A stretch of 64,000 bases of DNA from Gemmatimonadales bacterium (GTDB taxonomy: Bacteria; Gemmatimonadota; Gemmatimonadetes; Gemmatimonadales; GWC2-71-9). The stretch's first letter is position 1. Every line of letters starts with the position of its first letter. Position numbers and translations under genes: made by a program. This document shows, piece by piece, positions 34,689-43,966 of the stretch. The notes beneath the pieces were generated by a model, which worked only from the letters and a program-made list of their open reading frames with translations, was not told the DNA's origin and searched no databases. Where the stretch lies: assembly GCA_038209515.1 (NCBI GenBank), contig JBBQXQ010000001.1:10439-74438 (forward strand), read 5' to 3'.

Positions 34689-35546
34689 ATGAATCGCCTC
34701 TCGCCAGCCGTACGCGGTACAGCCCTCCGGTGCTTGACGGACGGGATGAGTGTTCGGGCCGCCTCTCGGGTGGCTGGGATCAGCAAGGGTGCGGTCCTCC
34801 GGCTGCTGGCTGAGGCTGGGGAGTTTTGCTCGGCTTACCACTGCTTGCGGATGCGGAACCTTCCCACGGTCCGGGTCGAGGCAGATGAGCAGTGGAGTTT
34901 TTGCGGGACCAAGCAGAGGAATGCCACGCTACCGGGGCACGGCGACATTTGGACCTTCGCCGCAATAGATGCCGACACCAAGCTAGTCATCTCCTACCTG
35001 GTCGGCGCTCGGAATAACGAAAACACCTTCGCGTTCATGGAGGACCTGGCTGGCCGGGTCAAAGGACGTATCCAGCTCACCACGGACGGATGGCTCGGCT
35101 ACGTCACCGCCGTGCGCCATGCATTCGGGTTTGCCCGTTGCGACTTCGCCCAGCTTGTGAAGCAGTACGCTGTCTCGATAGACGAGGAAAGCCGTCGTCG
35201 CTACAGCCCGCCCATGTGCACCGGGGCAATGAAGATCCGGGTGATCGGTCGGCCCGACATGGACAAGGTGTCAACCTCCTACGTTGAAAACCTCAACCTC
35301 AACACCCGGCAGCACTGCAAGCGGTTTGCGAGGCTGACGATTGCCCATTCCAGGAAGGCCGAGAACCACGTTCACGCCGTCGCCCTCAACTTTTTCGTGC
35401 ACAACTTCATTCGGGTGCACTCCACTCTGACCAGCGAGCGGAAGGCTAAGACAACCCCGGCTATGGCTTCTGGCCTGACGGACCGCCCGTGGACGGTGGA
35501 CGACCTGCTAATTCTGATGGACCCGAAATCTGTTACAGTCAAATAG
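34689..35546 (+). CDS. IS1 family transposase (single ORF, no frameshift)
   Basis: 285 aa. N-terminal HTH; catalytic-region motifs ADEQWSF, TTDGWLGY and YVENLNLNTRQHCKRFARLTIAHSRK. The last matches the IS1 InsB signature [25 protein letters not shown]. Confidence 0.85.
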   Translation: MNRLSPAVRGTALRCLTDGMSVRAASRVAGISKGAVLRLLAEAGEFCSAYHCLRMRNLPTVRVEADEQWSFCGTKQRNATLPGHGDIWTFAAIDADTKLVISYLVGARNNENTFAFMEDLAGRVKGRIQLTTDGWLGYVTAVRHAFGFARCDFAQLVKQYAVSIDEESRRRYSPPMCTGAMKIRVIGRPDMDKVSTSYVENLNLNTRQHCKRFARLTIAHSRKAENHVHAVALNFFVHNFIRVHSTLTSERKAKTTPAMASGLTDRPWTVDDLLILMDPKSVTVK

Positions 35547-35554
35547 ACCCAGCG

Positions 35555-35566
35555 CCCAACCGATTG
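35555..35566. repeat. Right copy of flanking direct repeat CCCAACCGATTG
   Basis: Identical 12-mer at 33163-33174. Confidence 0.8.
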
Positions 35567-35699
35567 ATAGGCCTTGCGTTGTGGGGCTTCGGCCACTATC
35601 CTCATGGGCTCCCCACAGGCACTCCCGCCTGTGGCGCGACATGACTCTGGCCCGCGGCTTCCCCGGCGCGGCACTTTAATAAGGACGGCACAGCTTCGC

Positions 35700-37421
35700 A
35701 TGCTTGACCAACTCAATCCCTCAACCGACCACTCAACCGACCAGTTCATCTCCCCCACCGGCCTCCGCGTTCGGCAGGACCTCTACGACGAAGACTACAG
35801 CGACTCTGACTACGAGCAGATGCTCTTGATGTACGAGGGCACCATGTCGCAGATCGTTGAAGGTGAGATCGTCAAATCCAAGGTCCTCCGGGTCACAGAC
35901 AATGCGGTAATTCTCGACGTAGGCTTCAAGTCCGAGGGGTCGGTCCCACTGGATGAGTTTAAGGACCCCCACTCGCTGAAAGAGGGCGACGAGGTCGAGG
36001 TCTTCCTCGAGCACCTGGAGGATCAGGAAGGCGCCGTCGTCCTGTCGAAGAAGAAGGCCGACTTCATGCGGGTCTGGGAAAAGATCCGCGTGGCGCACGA
36101 GAGCGATCAGCCGGTCGAGGGCACCCTGGTCAAGAAGATCAAGGGCGGTGTGGTAGTGAATCTCATGGGGGTGGACGCGTTCCTTCCGGGGAGCCAGATC
36201 GCGCTCCGCCGGGTGCCGAATATCGACGAGCTACTGGGCCAGACCTACGAATTCAAGATCATCAAGCTGAACAAGCGGCGCCGGAACATCGTGGTCAGCC
36301 GGCGGGTGATTCTGGAAAACGAGCGGGCGCACAAGCGCGAGCACCTGATGAAGGAGCTCGCTGTCGGCCAGGTACGAAAGGGCGTGGTCAAGAACATCAC
36401 CGACTTCGGCGCCTTCATCGACCTGGGCGGCGTCGACGGCCTGCTGCACATCACCGACATGTCGTACGGCCGGGTCTCCCATCCGACCGAGATGGTCGCC
36501 ATCGGCAAGGAAGTCGAGGTGAAAATCCTCGATATCGACTGGCAGCGCGAGCGCATCAGCCTCGGCATGAAGCAGCTCCAGTCCTACCCCTGGCAGAACG
36601 TGGCGGCCAAGTATCCGGTCGGCACCCGCGTCCAGGGCAAGGTCGTATCGATCACCAATTACGGCGCCTTCGTCGAGATCGAGCCCGGCATCGAAGGCTT
36701 GGTGCACATCTCCGAGATGAGCTGGACCCGCAACGTCCGGCATCCCTCGAAGATCGTCAGCATCGGTGAGACCATCGAGGCAGTGGTGCTCAAGGTGGAC
36801 GAGGCGGAGGAGAAGATCTCGCTCGGCATGAAGCAGACCGAGCAGGATCCCTGGATGGTGCTTCCACTCAAGTACCCGGTGGGCACTCGCATCAACGGCA
36901 AGGTGCGGAACCTGACCAGCTTCGGCGCCTTCGTCGAGATCGAGCCGGGGATCGATGGCCTCATCCACATCTCCGACATGTCCTGGACCAAGCGGGTCCA
37001 GCATCCGTCCGAAGTGGTCAAGAAGGGCGACGCGGTGGACGTTGTGATCCTCAACATCGACGCGGAGAACAAGCGGATCTCGCTCGGGCTCAAGCAGGCG
37101 GAAGAGGATCCCTGGCTCAAGATCGGTGAGACCTATCCCATCGGGATGGAGCTTCGCGGCCGGGCCGTGCGGCTGATGGACAAGGGCGTGGTGGTCGATC
37201 TGGGCAACGATATCGAGGGATTCGTCCCGATGTCCCAGCTGGGCGTCCCCAACATCGAGAACCCCGGCGAGGCAGTGAAGGAAGGCCAGGTCCTCGATCT
37301 CAAGGTGCTCGAGGTGGACCCGATCCATCACCGGATCGTGCTCGCCGTCATCGGGTACCCCGACGAGCCGATCATTCCGCCCGTGAAGCCGGCGTTCGAG
37401 GAGACAACGGTGACGGAATAG
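35700..37421 (+). CDS. rpsA: 30S ribosomal protein S1
   Basis: ATG at 35700 (AAGGA upstream). Six S1-domain repeats with recurring G.V..I..FGAFV.L..G..GL.H.S motif. Confidence 0.93.
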   Translation: MLDQLNPSTDHSTDQFISPTGLRVRQDLYDEDYSDSDYEQMLLMYEGTMSQIVEGEIVKSKVLRVTDNAVILDVGFKSEGSVPLDEFKDPHSLKEGDEVEVFLEHLEDQEGAVVLSKKKADFMRVWEKIRVAHESDQPVEGTLVKKIKGGVVVNLMGVDAFLPGSQIALRRVPNIDELLGQTYEFKIIKLNKRRRNIVVSRRVILENERAHKREHLMKELAVGQVRKGVVKNITDFGAFIDLGGVDGLLHITDMSYGRVSHPTEMVAIGKEVEVKILDIDWQRERISLGMKQLQSYPWQNVAAKYPVGTRVQGKVVSITNYGAFVEIEPGIEGLVHISEMSWTRNVRHPSKIVSIGETIEAVVLKVDEAEEKISLGMKQTEQDPWMVLPLKYPVGTRINGKVRNLTSFGAFVEIEPGIDGLIHISDMSWTKRVQHPSEVVKKGDAVDVVILNIDAENKRISLGLKQAEEDPWLKIGETYPIGMELRGRAVRLMDKGVVVDLGNDIEGFVPMSQLGVPNIENPGEAVKEGQVLDLKVLEVDPIHHRIVLAVIGYPDEPIIPPVKPAFEETTVTE

Positions 37422-37422
37422 G

Positions 37423-37517
37423 CGGAGAAGACGGAAGCGGACGGAGAGGGCGGTGGGATCGGGGAGATCCAGCCGCCCTTTCGCATTTTCCTCATTTCCA
37501 TCGTTTCCGTCTTCTCC
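37423..37517. repeat. Nested inverted repeat with a purine-rich left arm and pyrimidine-rich right arm
   Basis: Outer 14-bp perfect IR: CGGAGAAGACGGAA (37423-37436) / TTCCGTCTTCTCCG (37504-37517). It encloses the inner terminator hairpin. Confidence 0.6.
37448..37490 (+). terminator. rpsA terminator hairpin
   Basis: GGGCGG-T-GGATC-GGGGA-GATCC-AG-CCGCCC followed by TTTCGCATTTTC. Confidence 0.6.
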
Positions 37518-37549
37518 GTTCTCTCCCGCCGCCTTATCTTCACGCCACC

Positions 37550-39103
37550 ATGCCCGATCCTCGTAAGCTCCTCGACCAGCTGCATCATCGGCAGGGCCTC
37601 GCCGAGCAGGGCGGGGGAGCCGATCGAGTCGCCCAGCAACACAAGAAGGGCAAGCTCACCGCCCGGGAGCGACTCGACCTTCTACTGGACGAGGGCAGCT
37701 TCCTCGAGCTCGACCGTTACGTCACTCACCGGTCAACCGACTTCGGATTGGACCAGCAGGTCTTTCCCGGTGACGGGGTGGTGACCGGCTCGGGCCGGAT
37801 CGACGGCAGGCTGGTCTACGTGTTCTCCCAGGACTTCACCGTGTTTGGCGGGTCATTGTCCGAGGCTCATGCCGAGAAGATCTGCAAGGTCATGGACCTG
37901 GCGCTCAAGACCGGCGCGCCCGTGATCGGCCTCAACGACTCGGGCGGCGCCCGGATCCAGGAAGGCGTGGCCTCGCTCGGCGGCTACGCCGACATCTTCC
38001 TCAGAAATACCCTCGCTTCAGGCGTCATTCCCCAGATCTCGGCCGTCCTCGGGCCATGTGCGGGTGGCGCGGTGTACAGCCCGGCCATCACCGACTTCAT
38101 CTTCATGGTTCGCGGGGTGAGCTACATGTTCGTCACCGGGCCGAACGTGGTGAAGACGGTGACGCACGAAGAGGTGAGTTTTGACGAGCTGGGCGGTGCC
38201 GATACTCATGGGGGAACGTCCGGCGTCGCCCACTTCGTGCACGACTCCGAGCCCGAGTGTATTCAGGCCATCCGGGAACTGTTCGGATTCCTGCCCCTCA
38301 ATAACCTCGACGAGGCGCCGCAGCGGGCCACCCTCGATCCCGCTGACCGGCGGGACCAGGCTCTGTTGGACCTCATCCCGGACACACCCAACAAGCCGTA
38401 CGACGTGCACGGCGTGATTAGCAGGGTGGTGGATGAAAGCGCCTTCCTGGAAGTACAACGTGGCCACGCGGACAACATCGTGGTGGGCTTCGCCCGGTTG
38501 GGCGGGGCTCCGGTCGGCATCATCGCCAATCAACCGGCGGTGCTGGCTGGGGTCCTCGACATCAATGCCTCCGTCAAGGCGGCGAGATTCATCCGCTTCT
38601 GCGATTGCTTCAACCTGCCGGTGGTGACCTTCGTCGACGTGCCCGGGTTCCTCCCCGGCGTGGCGCAGGAGCATGGCGGGATCATTAAGCACGGGGCCAA
38701 GCTGCTCTATGCCTACTGTGAGGCCACGGTGCCCAAGCTGACCGTGATCACCCGAAAGGCCTACGGCGGAGCCTACGATGTCATGAGCTCGAAGCACATC
38801 CGGGGCGACATGAACCTGGCGTGGCCCTCGGCCGAGATTGCGGTGATGGGACCAAAGGGCGCCGTCGAGATCCTGTTCAAGGAAGAGATCGCCCAGGCCA
38901 AGGACCCTGCTTCCGCCACCGAGCGGCTGATCGAGGACTACACCGAGAAGTTCGCTCACCCGTATGCCGCGGCGGCCCGGGGCTACATCGACGATGTGAT
39001 CGATCCCCGGGATACCCGGCCCCGGCTGATCGAAGCGCTGCGCACGCTTCGAACCAAGCGAGACCGGAATCCGCTGAAGAAGCATGGGAACATCCCGCTC
39101 TGA
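37550..39103 (+). CDS. Acyl-CoA carboxylase carboxyltransferase subunit (propionyl-/methylmalonyl-CoA carboxyltransferase type)
   Basis: 517 aa. Both carboxyltransferase halves present ([24 protein letters not shown]; [13 protein letters not shown]...[13 protein letters not shown]). Confidence 0.88.
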   Translation: MPDPRKLLDQLHHRQGLAEQGGGADRVAQQHKKGKLTARERLDLLLDEGSFLELDRYVTHRSTDFGLDQQVFPGDGVVTGSGRIDGRLVYVFSQDFTVFGGSLSEAHAEKICKVMDLALKTGAPVIGLNDSGGARIQEGVASLGGYADIFLRNTLASGVIPQISAVLGPCAGGAVYSPAITDFIFMVRGVSYMFVTGPNVVKTVTHEEVSFDELGGADTHGGTSGVAHFVHDSEPECIQAIRELFGFLPLNNLDEAPQRATLDPADRRDQALLDLIPDTPNKPYDVHGVISRVVDESAFLEVQRGHADNIVVGFARLGGAPVGIIANQPAVLAGVLDINASVKAARFIRFCDCFNLPVVTFVDVPGFLPGVAQEHGGIIKHGAKLLYAYCEATVPKLTVITRKAYGGAYDVMSSKHIRGDMNLAWPSAEIAVMGPKGAVEILFKEEIAQAKDPASATERLIEDYTEKFAHPYAAAARGYIDDVIDPRDTRPRLIEALRTLRTKRDRNPLKKHGNIPL

Positions 39104-39220
39104 GCCCCAGTGTGAGTGACGGATTCACCGGCGTCCCCTAGCCAACTGCTGGGCCCCGAGCCATTTTTGACACACATGTGTCAGGTGAGTTCCTCATGCC
39201 CTCCACGCCCAACTGACCCC

Positions 39221-40195
39221 GTGCGGCGCCTTCTGCGGCAGGGTGGGTTTACGCTCGTGGTGGTGTCGGCGCTGTGGAATGGCGGCGTCCACGCCCAGGC
39301 TGCCATTGACCCGAACGTCGCGCCCCGGGCTGCCGCGCTCGAGCGGAGCGGTGAGCGGCAGATGGCCATCGACCTGCTCGGCCGCTATCTCGCCACTGCC
39401 CCCGACGATGGCCGGGCCTGGTTCCAGCTCGGCCGCTTCTATCTGCTCGATGCGCGTGACTGGCACCTCCAAGGCCACCGGGGCGATCCCGATGGCCCTC
39501 TTTATTTGGACTTCGCCGCGACCGCGCTCGATCAGGCGGTGCGGTTGGCGGTGGACTCCAGCGTCGTGTACCGCGGCCTGGCGGAGCTAGAGCGGTCGGT
39601 GGTGCTCGTCGAGGATTCCGGATGGAGCATCGGCGGTGCTTCGGGCCCGCCCGCGGACGCGCCTGAGATGCCGGGGTTTATCGTGGAGCTTGGAGCCAAC
39701 CTCCTCAGCTCCTGCCCCGCGGGTGGAGTCCTGCTGGTGGGGACCGATCTCGAGGCGTTATCGGTGTGGTACGACGACGGGGATCTGCGTACTCGGGAGA
39801 TCCTGCCGCTACGACCGGACCGCTACGCCACCGATTCTGTCTATCGCCGGCGCATGGCCGAGGCAATGGGCATCGCCCCGGGCCTCCCGGTTCGCAACGC
39901 GCTGGCGGATGTGGCGGCGCGCCGGCCGCTGTGCCTCACGCCGACGGCCGACAGTGCTGCGGCTCCTCCGATCGTCTGGACACCGTTTCGGCTCACCCGG
40001 GTCAGCCGGACGGTCGACGCCGGCCCCGATGCCCTGTCGCTCACCGAGCTGCTCGAGGCGACGCGCCAGGGCGGATCGGTCTGGCTTCGGGACGTGCGCG
40101 GCGTCTACGATAGCGCTGCCCGGTTCAATACCCTCCTTTGTAGCAGCCTCCTGCTGGTCTTCGGAGACGCCCCACCGCCTACGTGTAGGCCATGA
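39221..40195 (+). CDS. Secreted hypothetical protein with one TPR-like segment
   Basis: GTG at 39221 gives signal peptide RRLLRQGGFTLVVVSALWNGGVHAQA. The track start at 39116 and the ATG at 39176 are also possible. Confidence 0.5.
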   Translation: MRRLLRQGGFTLVVVSALWNGGVHAQAAIDPNVAPRAAALERSGERQMAIDLLGRYLATAPDDGRAWFQLGRFYLLDARDWHLQGHRGDPDGPLYLDFAATALDQAVRLAVDSSVVYRGLAELERSVVLVEDSGWSIGGASGPPADAPEMPGFIVELGANLLSSCPAGGVLLVGTDLEALSVWYDDGDLRTREILPLRPDRYATDSVYRRRMAEAMGIAPGLPVRNALADVAARRPLCLTPTADSAAAPPIVWTPFRLTRVSRTVDAGPDALSLTELLEATRQGGSVWLRDVRGVYDSAARFNTLLCSSLLLVFGDAPPPTCRP

Positions 40196-40229
40196 CGGAT
40201 AAGACGGAGAGGGTTTTCGCTTCCGTCCT

Positions 40230-41723
40230 ATGAAGCGGGTCCTCATCGCCAATCGCGGCGAAATCGCTCTTCGAATCATTCGCGCATGTCGTGAAGAAGG
40301 CCTCGAGACGGTTGCGGTCTACTCCGCGACCGATCACGGCAGTCCGCATGTGCGGGCCGCCGACCGCGCGATAGCCATTGGCCCCTCGCCACCGTCCCAG
40401 AGCTATCTCTCGATCGAGCGGCTCATCGCCGCCGCGCACGAGTCCGGAGCCGATGCCGTGCATCCAGGTTACGGATTTCTGGCGGAGCGGGCCGCCTTCG
40501 TGGAGGCGGTCGAAGCCGCGGGTTTGGTGTTCATCGGGCCCCCGGCCGAGGCCATTCGGGCTATGGGTGACAAGACCGAAGCCCGCCGCCGGATGGAGGC
40601 GGCCGGGGTACCGATCGTGCCCGGCGCCGCGCCGGCGGCAAACGACAACCGCGCGGCGAGGGCCGCGGCAGACCGCCTTGGCTACCCCGTGATGGTCAAA
40701 GCAGCCGCCGGCGGGGGTGGGAAGGGGATGCGCCTCGTCCGCGGCCCTGAGGCGCTCGATGCTGGCCTCGACGCGGCCAGGTCCGAAGCGCTCAAGGCCT
40801 TCGGCGACGCCAACGTGTACCTCGAGAAGTTCATCGAGGCTCCGCGCCACATCGAAATTCAGGTGCTTGCCGATCATGAGCGCACGATCCACCTCGGCGA
40901 GCGGGAGTGCTCGATTCAACGCCGCCATCAGAAGCTGGTCGAGGAGGCCCCGTCCATCGCGGTCTCGGCGGAGCTCCGGGAGCACATGGGAGCGGCAGCG
41001 GTGGCGGCAGCGCAGGCGGTAGGATACCGGAGCGCGGGTACCTGCGAGTTTCTTGTGACCGGGGATGGATCGTACTACTTCCTGGAGATGAACACCCGGA
41101 TCCAGGTCGAGCACCCAGTCACCGAGCTGGCATACGGGGTCGATCTCGTCCGGGAACAGCTTCGGATCGGGGCAGGGCTGCCGATGCGGATTCCCTCCTC
41201 AGGCCTCGCCCCGCGAGGCTGGGCGATCGAGTGCCGGATCACGAGCGAGGATCCCGGCAACAACTTCCTTCCTTCAACTGGACGCATCGAGTACTTGCGG
41301 CCTCCGGCCGGTCCGGGAGTCCGGTGGGACAGCGGGGTCGAGACCGGTGACGAGGTGACACTGTACTATGACTCCATGCTCGCCAAGCTGATCGTATGGG
41401 CACCGGACCGCGCTCAGGCTCTCACCCGCATGAGGCACGCGTTAGAGGAGCTGGTGGTCACCGGCGTCGCCACGAATCAGGCGTTCCACAGACGGTTGAT
41501 GGCCGATTCTGCGTTTCAGCGCGGCGAGATCGACATCCAGTTCTTGGAGCGCCGGCCGGATCTCCTCAGGCCGATCAGCTCACCCGAAGCTCTTCACGAC
41601 CTTGCCATCGCTGCAGCGCTGGCGGAACATGAGGTGCGGGAGGGTCGGCGGCCCGCCATGGCTCCCGACGAAGCATCCAACAGCCAATGGACCAGGCAGG
41701 CGCGGAGCGAAGCGCTTCGGTGA
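40230..41723 (+). CDS. accC: Biotin carboxylase subunit of acetyl/acyl-CoA carboxylase
   Basis: ATP-grasp motifs MVKAAAGGGGKGMR and EMNTRIQVEHPVTE. 497 aa, no BCCP domain. Confidence 0.9.
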   Translation: MKRVLIANRGEIALRIIRACREEGLETVAVYSATDHGSPHVRAADRAIAIGPSPPSQSYLSIERLIAAAHESGADAVHPGYGFLAERAAFVEAVEAAGLVFIGPPAEAIRAMGDKTEARRRMEAAGVPIVPGAAPAANDNRAARAAADRLGYPVMVKAAAGGGGKGMRLVRGPEALDAGLDAARSEALKAFGDANVYLEKFIEAPRHIEIQVLADHERTIHLGERECSIQRRHQKLVEEAPSIAVSAELREHMGAAAVAAAQAVGYRSAGTCEFLVTGDGSYYFLEMNTRIQVEHPVTELAYGVDLVREQLRIGAGLPMRIPSSGLAPRGWAIECRITSEDPGNNFLPSTGRIEYLRPPAGPGVRWDSGVETGDEVTLYYDSMLAKLIVWAPDRAQALTRMRHALEELVVTGVATNQAFHRRLMADSAFQRGEIDIQFLERRPDLLRPISSPEALHDLAIAAALAEHEVREGRRPAMAPDEASNSQWTRQARSEALR

Positions 41724-42940
41724 CGGAGCTCCGTATCCTCCGTCTTGCCGCCGGCGGAGATGGGGTGGCGCGGCTGCCCGACGGCAAAACTGTCTTTGTG
41801 CCTCGCACCGCTCCAGGTGATCTCGTCGAGCTGAGCGAGGTTCGCGAGCACAAGCGGTTCGCTCGTGCCCGAGTCCAGCGAGTGATCGAGCCTTCACCTC
41901 TGCGAGTGGACCCTCGCTGTCCCCACTACGCGGTGGACGAGTGCGGCGGCTGCCAGCTCCAGCATCTGGAGTATCAAGCGCAGCTCTCGGCCCGCCAGTC
42001 GTTTGTCGGCGATGCACTCCGCCGTCTCGGCAAGCGCGATGTCCCGGATCCGCCCATTGTACCCGCGGCAAAAATCTACGATTACCGCACCAAGCTGACG
42101 CTGCACGTGAGCGCCGGAGGGCGGCGGATCGGTCTCCATCGCTACGACCGTCCGGATCAGGTGTTCGATCTCGTCTGGTGCCACATTACGGTCCCCGAGC
42201 TGATGACGATGTGGCAAGCGATTAGGAAGCTTCGCACCCTGCTGCCGCCTGCTCTCGAGCAGGTCGTGCTCCGGCTCGATCGGTCCGGCGGCCGGCACCT
42301 GCTCCTGCGAGCGGGAAAGAGCGAGGTATGGTCCGGAGCCCAGCGCCTGCTCCGGGCGATGCAGGGCGACGGCGTCGCCGCCACCATCTGGTGGCAGCCG
42401 GAGGGCGGGGCGGCACGGGCGGTCGCCGGGGCGGGTGAGGCGTACCCGGCTACCGTATTCGAGCAGGTGCATCCGGAGATGGGCGATCGGGTCCGGGAAT
42501 TCGCCGTGCAGCAGCTCGGCGACGTCCCTGGTCGCAAGGTGTGGGATCTCTATGCCGGCATCGGAGAGACCACGGAGAGACTCGTCAGACAAGGTGCGGT
42601 GGTGGAAAGCGTGGAGCTCGATCGCCGTGCCGTGGCGGAAGCCGAGACAAGAGGGCCGGCTGCGCGCCGACACGCCGGGCGGGTGGAGGACGTCTTGCGC
42701 GAGCTGCGGCCACCTGACCTGGTGATTGTCAACCCGCCACGGAGTGGCATGGACGCGCGAGTGACCGCCGAGCTCGAGCGGCTCCTCCCTCGCCGGCTGG
42801 TCTACATCTCCTGCGACCCCGCCACGCTGGCGCGCGATCTCCAGCGGCTTCCGCGCTTCGATTTGAAGCTCACGCAGGCATTCGACCTCTTCCCCCAGAC
42901 GACTCACGTGGAGACGGTGGCAGTGCTGGAGCCGACATGA
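41687..42940 (+). CDS. RumA/RlmD-family RNA (uracil-C5) methyltransferase with TRAM domain
   Basis: N-terminal TRAM, Fe-S Cys cluster CPHYAVDECGGCQLQH, SAM motif DLYAGIGE and catalytic SCDPATLARD. The start may instead be GTG at 41720, overlapping the accC stop (GTGA). Confidence 0.8.
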   Translation: MDQAGAERSASVTELRILRLAAGGDGVARLPDGKTVFVPRTAPGDLVELSEVREHKRFARARVQRVIEPSPLRVDPRCPHYAVDECGGCQLQHLEYQAQLSARQSFVGDALRRLGKRDVPDPPIVPAAKIYDYRTKLTLHVSAGGRRIGLHRYDRPDQVFDLVWCHITVPELMTMWQAIRKLRTLLPPALEQVVLRLDRSGGRHLLLRAGKSEVWSGAQRLLRAMQGDGVAATIWWQPEGGAARAVAGAGEAYPATVFEQVHPEMGDRVREFAVQQLGDVPGRKVWDLYAGIGETTERLVRQGAVVESVELDRRAVAEAETRGPAARRHAGRVEDVLRELRPPDLVIVNPPRSGMDARVTAELERLLPRRLVYISCDPATLARDLQRLPRFDLKLTQAFDLFPQTTHVETVAVLEPT

Positions 42941-43437
42941 AGTACGTGGTGCTGTTGGATGGGCAAACGATCGAGGTCGAGGTGGATGGTGACCGCGTCA
43001 CCATCGACGGGCGAGCTCACAGCGCCACTCTGGCAGCGATCCCGGGAACACCGCTCCGTCAGCTCCTGATCGACGGCAGGCCGTTGACCCTCTCCGTGGA
43101 GGAGGTCGGCCGTGGCCGCTGGACGCTCACCCCCAAGGGCGAGCGATGGGAGATAGAGGTGCTCGATGAGCGGACCCGGCACATTCGCAGCCTGGCCGGC
43201 GGCGGCGATCGGCGCCGTGCCGCTGGAGTGCTGAAAGCACCCATGCCGGGTCTGGTCGTTCGGGTCCAGGTTCAACCTGGAGAGCAGGTGGCTGCCGGTC
43301 ACCCGCTCGTGGTCTTGGAAGCGATGAAGATGGAGAACGAGCTCAAGGCCGGCGCCCCGGGCGTGGTGAAATCGGTGCGGGTTGTCGCCGGTGAGGCGGT
43401 GGAGAAGGGACAAGTCCTGGTGGAGTTCGAGGCTTGA
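42937..43437 (+). CDS. Biotin carboxyl carrier (biotin/lipoyl attachment) protein
   Basis: ATGA overlap with the upstream gene. Biotinylation motif VLEAMKMENEL in the C-terminal barrel. Confidence 0.85.
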   Translation: MKYVVLLDGQTIEVEVDGDRVTIDGRAHSATLAAIPGTPLRQLLIDGRPLTLSVEEVGRGRWTLTPKGERWEIEVLDERTRHIRSLAGGGDRRRAAGVLKAPMPGLVVRVQVQPGEQVAAGHPLVVLEAMKMENELKAGAPGVVKSVRVVAGEAVEKGQVLVEFEA

Positions 43438-43513
43438 CCCAAACCCGGGCTGCTCGCTATCTTGTGAGTCTGTTTCAGTTTGGCCAAGTCCAAAGCCCGA
43501 GGCAGCGGAGTCG

Positions 43514-43966
43514 ATGAAGACATTCACCGCCACACCGGCGGACATCAGCCACGACTGGCACCTGGTCGATGCGGAGGACGTTCCGCTCGGGCGGCTCGCT
43601 AGCCGCGTGGCCCAGCTCATCCGCGGCAAACACAAGCCGACTTACACGCCCCACATGGATGGGGGCGATTTCGTGGTGGTCATCAATGCTTCCAAGGTCA
43701 AACTGACCGGCCGGAAGTTGACCAACAAGATGTATTTCCGCCACAGCGGCTACATGGGCCACGAGCGCTTCACGGCGGCGCGCGATCTGCTCGCGAAGCA
43801 CCCCGATCGGGTCATCGAGAAGGCCGTGTTCGGCATGCTGCCGAAGACGTCGCTCGCCAAGCAGAAGCTTCGCGGCAAGCTCAAGGTGTACGCCGGCCCT
43901 GAGCACCCGCACGCGGCGCAGCAGCCCAAGCCCTTTTCCGTTACCCAGTCCAAGGCGAGCGCATGA
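43514..43966 (+). CDS. rplM: 50S ribosomal protein L13
   Basis: ATG at 43514. WHLVDAEDVPLGRLASRVAQLIRGKHKPTYTPH. Confidence 0.93.
   Translation: MKTFTATPADISHDWHLVDAEDVPLGRLASRVAQLIRGKHKPTYTPHMDGGDFVVVINASKVKLTGRKLTNKMYFRHSGYMGHERFTAARDLLAKHPDRVIEKAVFGMLPKTSLAKQKLRGKLKVYAGPEHPHAAQQPKPFSVTQSKASA

Larger units (their letters stand above)
33163..35566 (+). mobile_element. IS1-family transposon carrying a four-gene passenger cassette, including flanking direct repeats
   Basis: 12-nt perfect direct repeat at both ends and imperfect terminal inverted repeats starting CGCTGG just inside. G+C dips to 47-55% on counted lines. An IS1-type transposase sits at the right end. Confidence 0.7.

Noticed and set aside
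34648-35580. Similar strings GGCCCTTGCATTCTTG (about 34649) and GGCCTTGCGTTGTGG (about 35570) as possible ends of a minimal IS
   Set aside because: They are direct rather than inverted, imperfect, and the right one lies outside the 12-nt flanking repeat. The CGCTGG-type inverted ends at 33176 and 35554 explain the element better.
36231-37331. 366-aa minus-strand ORF antisense to rpsA
   Set aside because: It is a shadow of the repetitive S1-domain gene. Its apparent internal repeats merely mirror the S1 repeats on the other strand.
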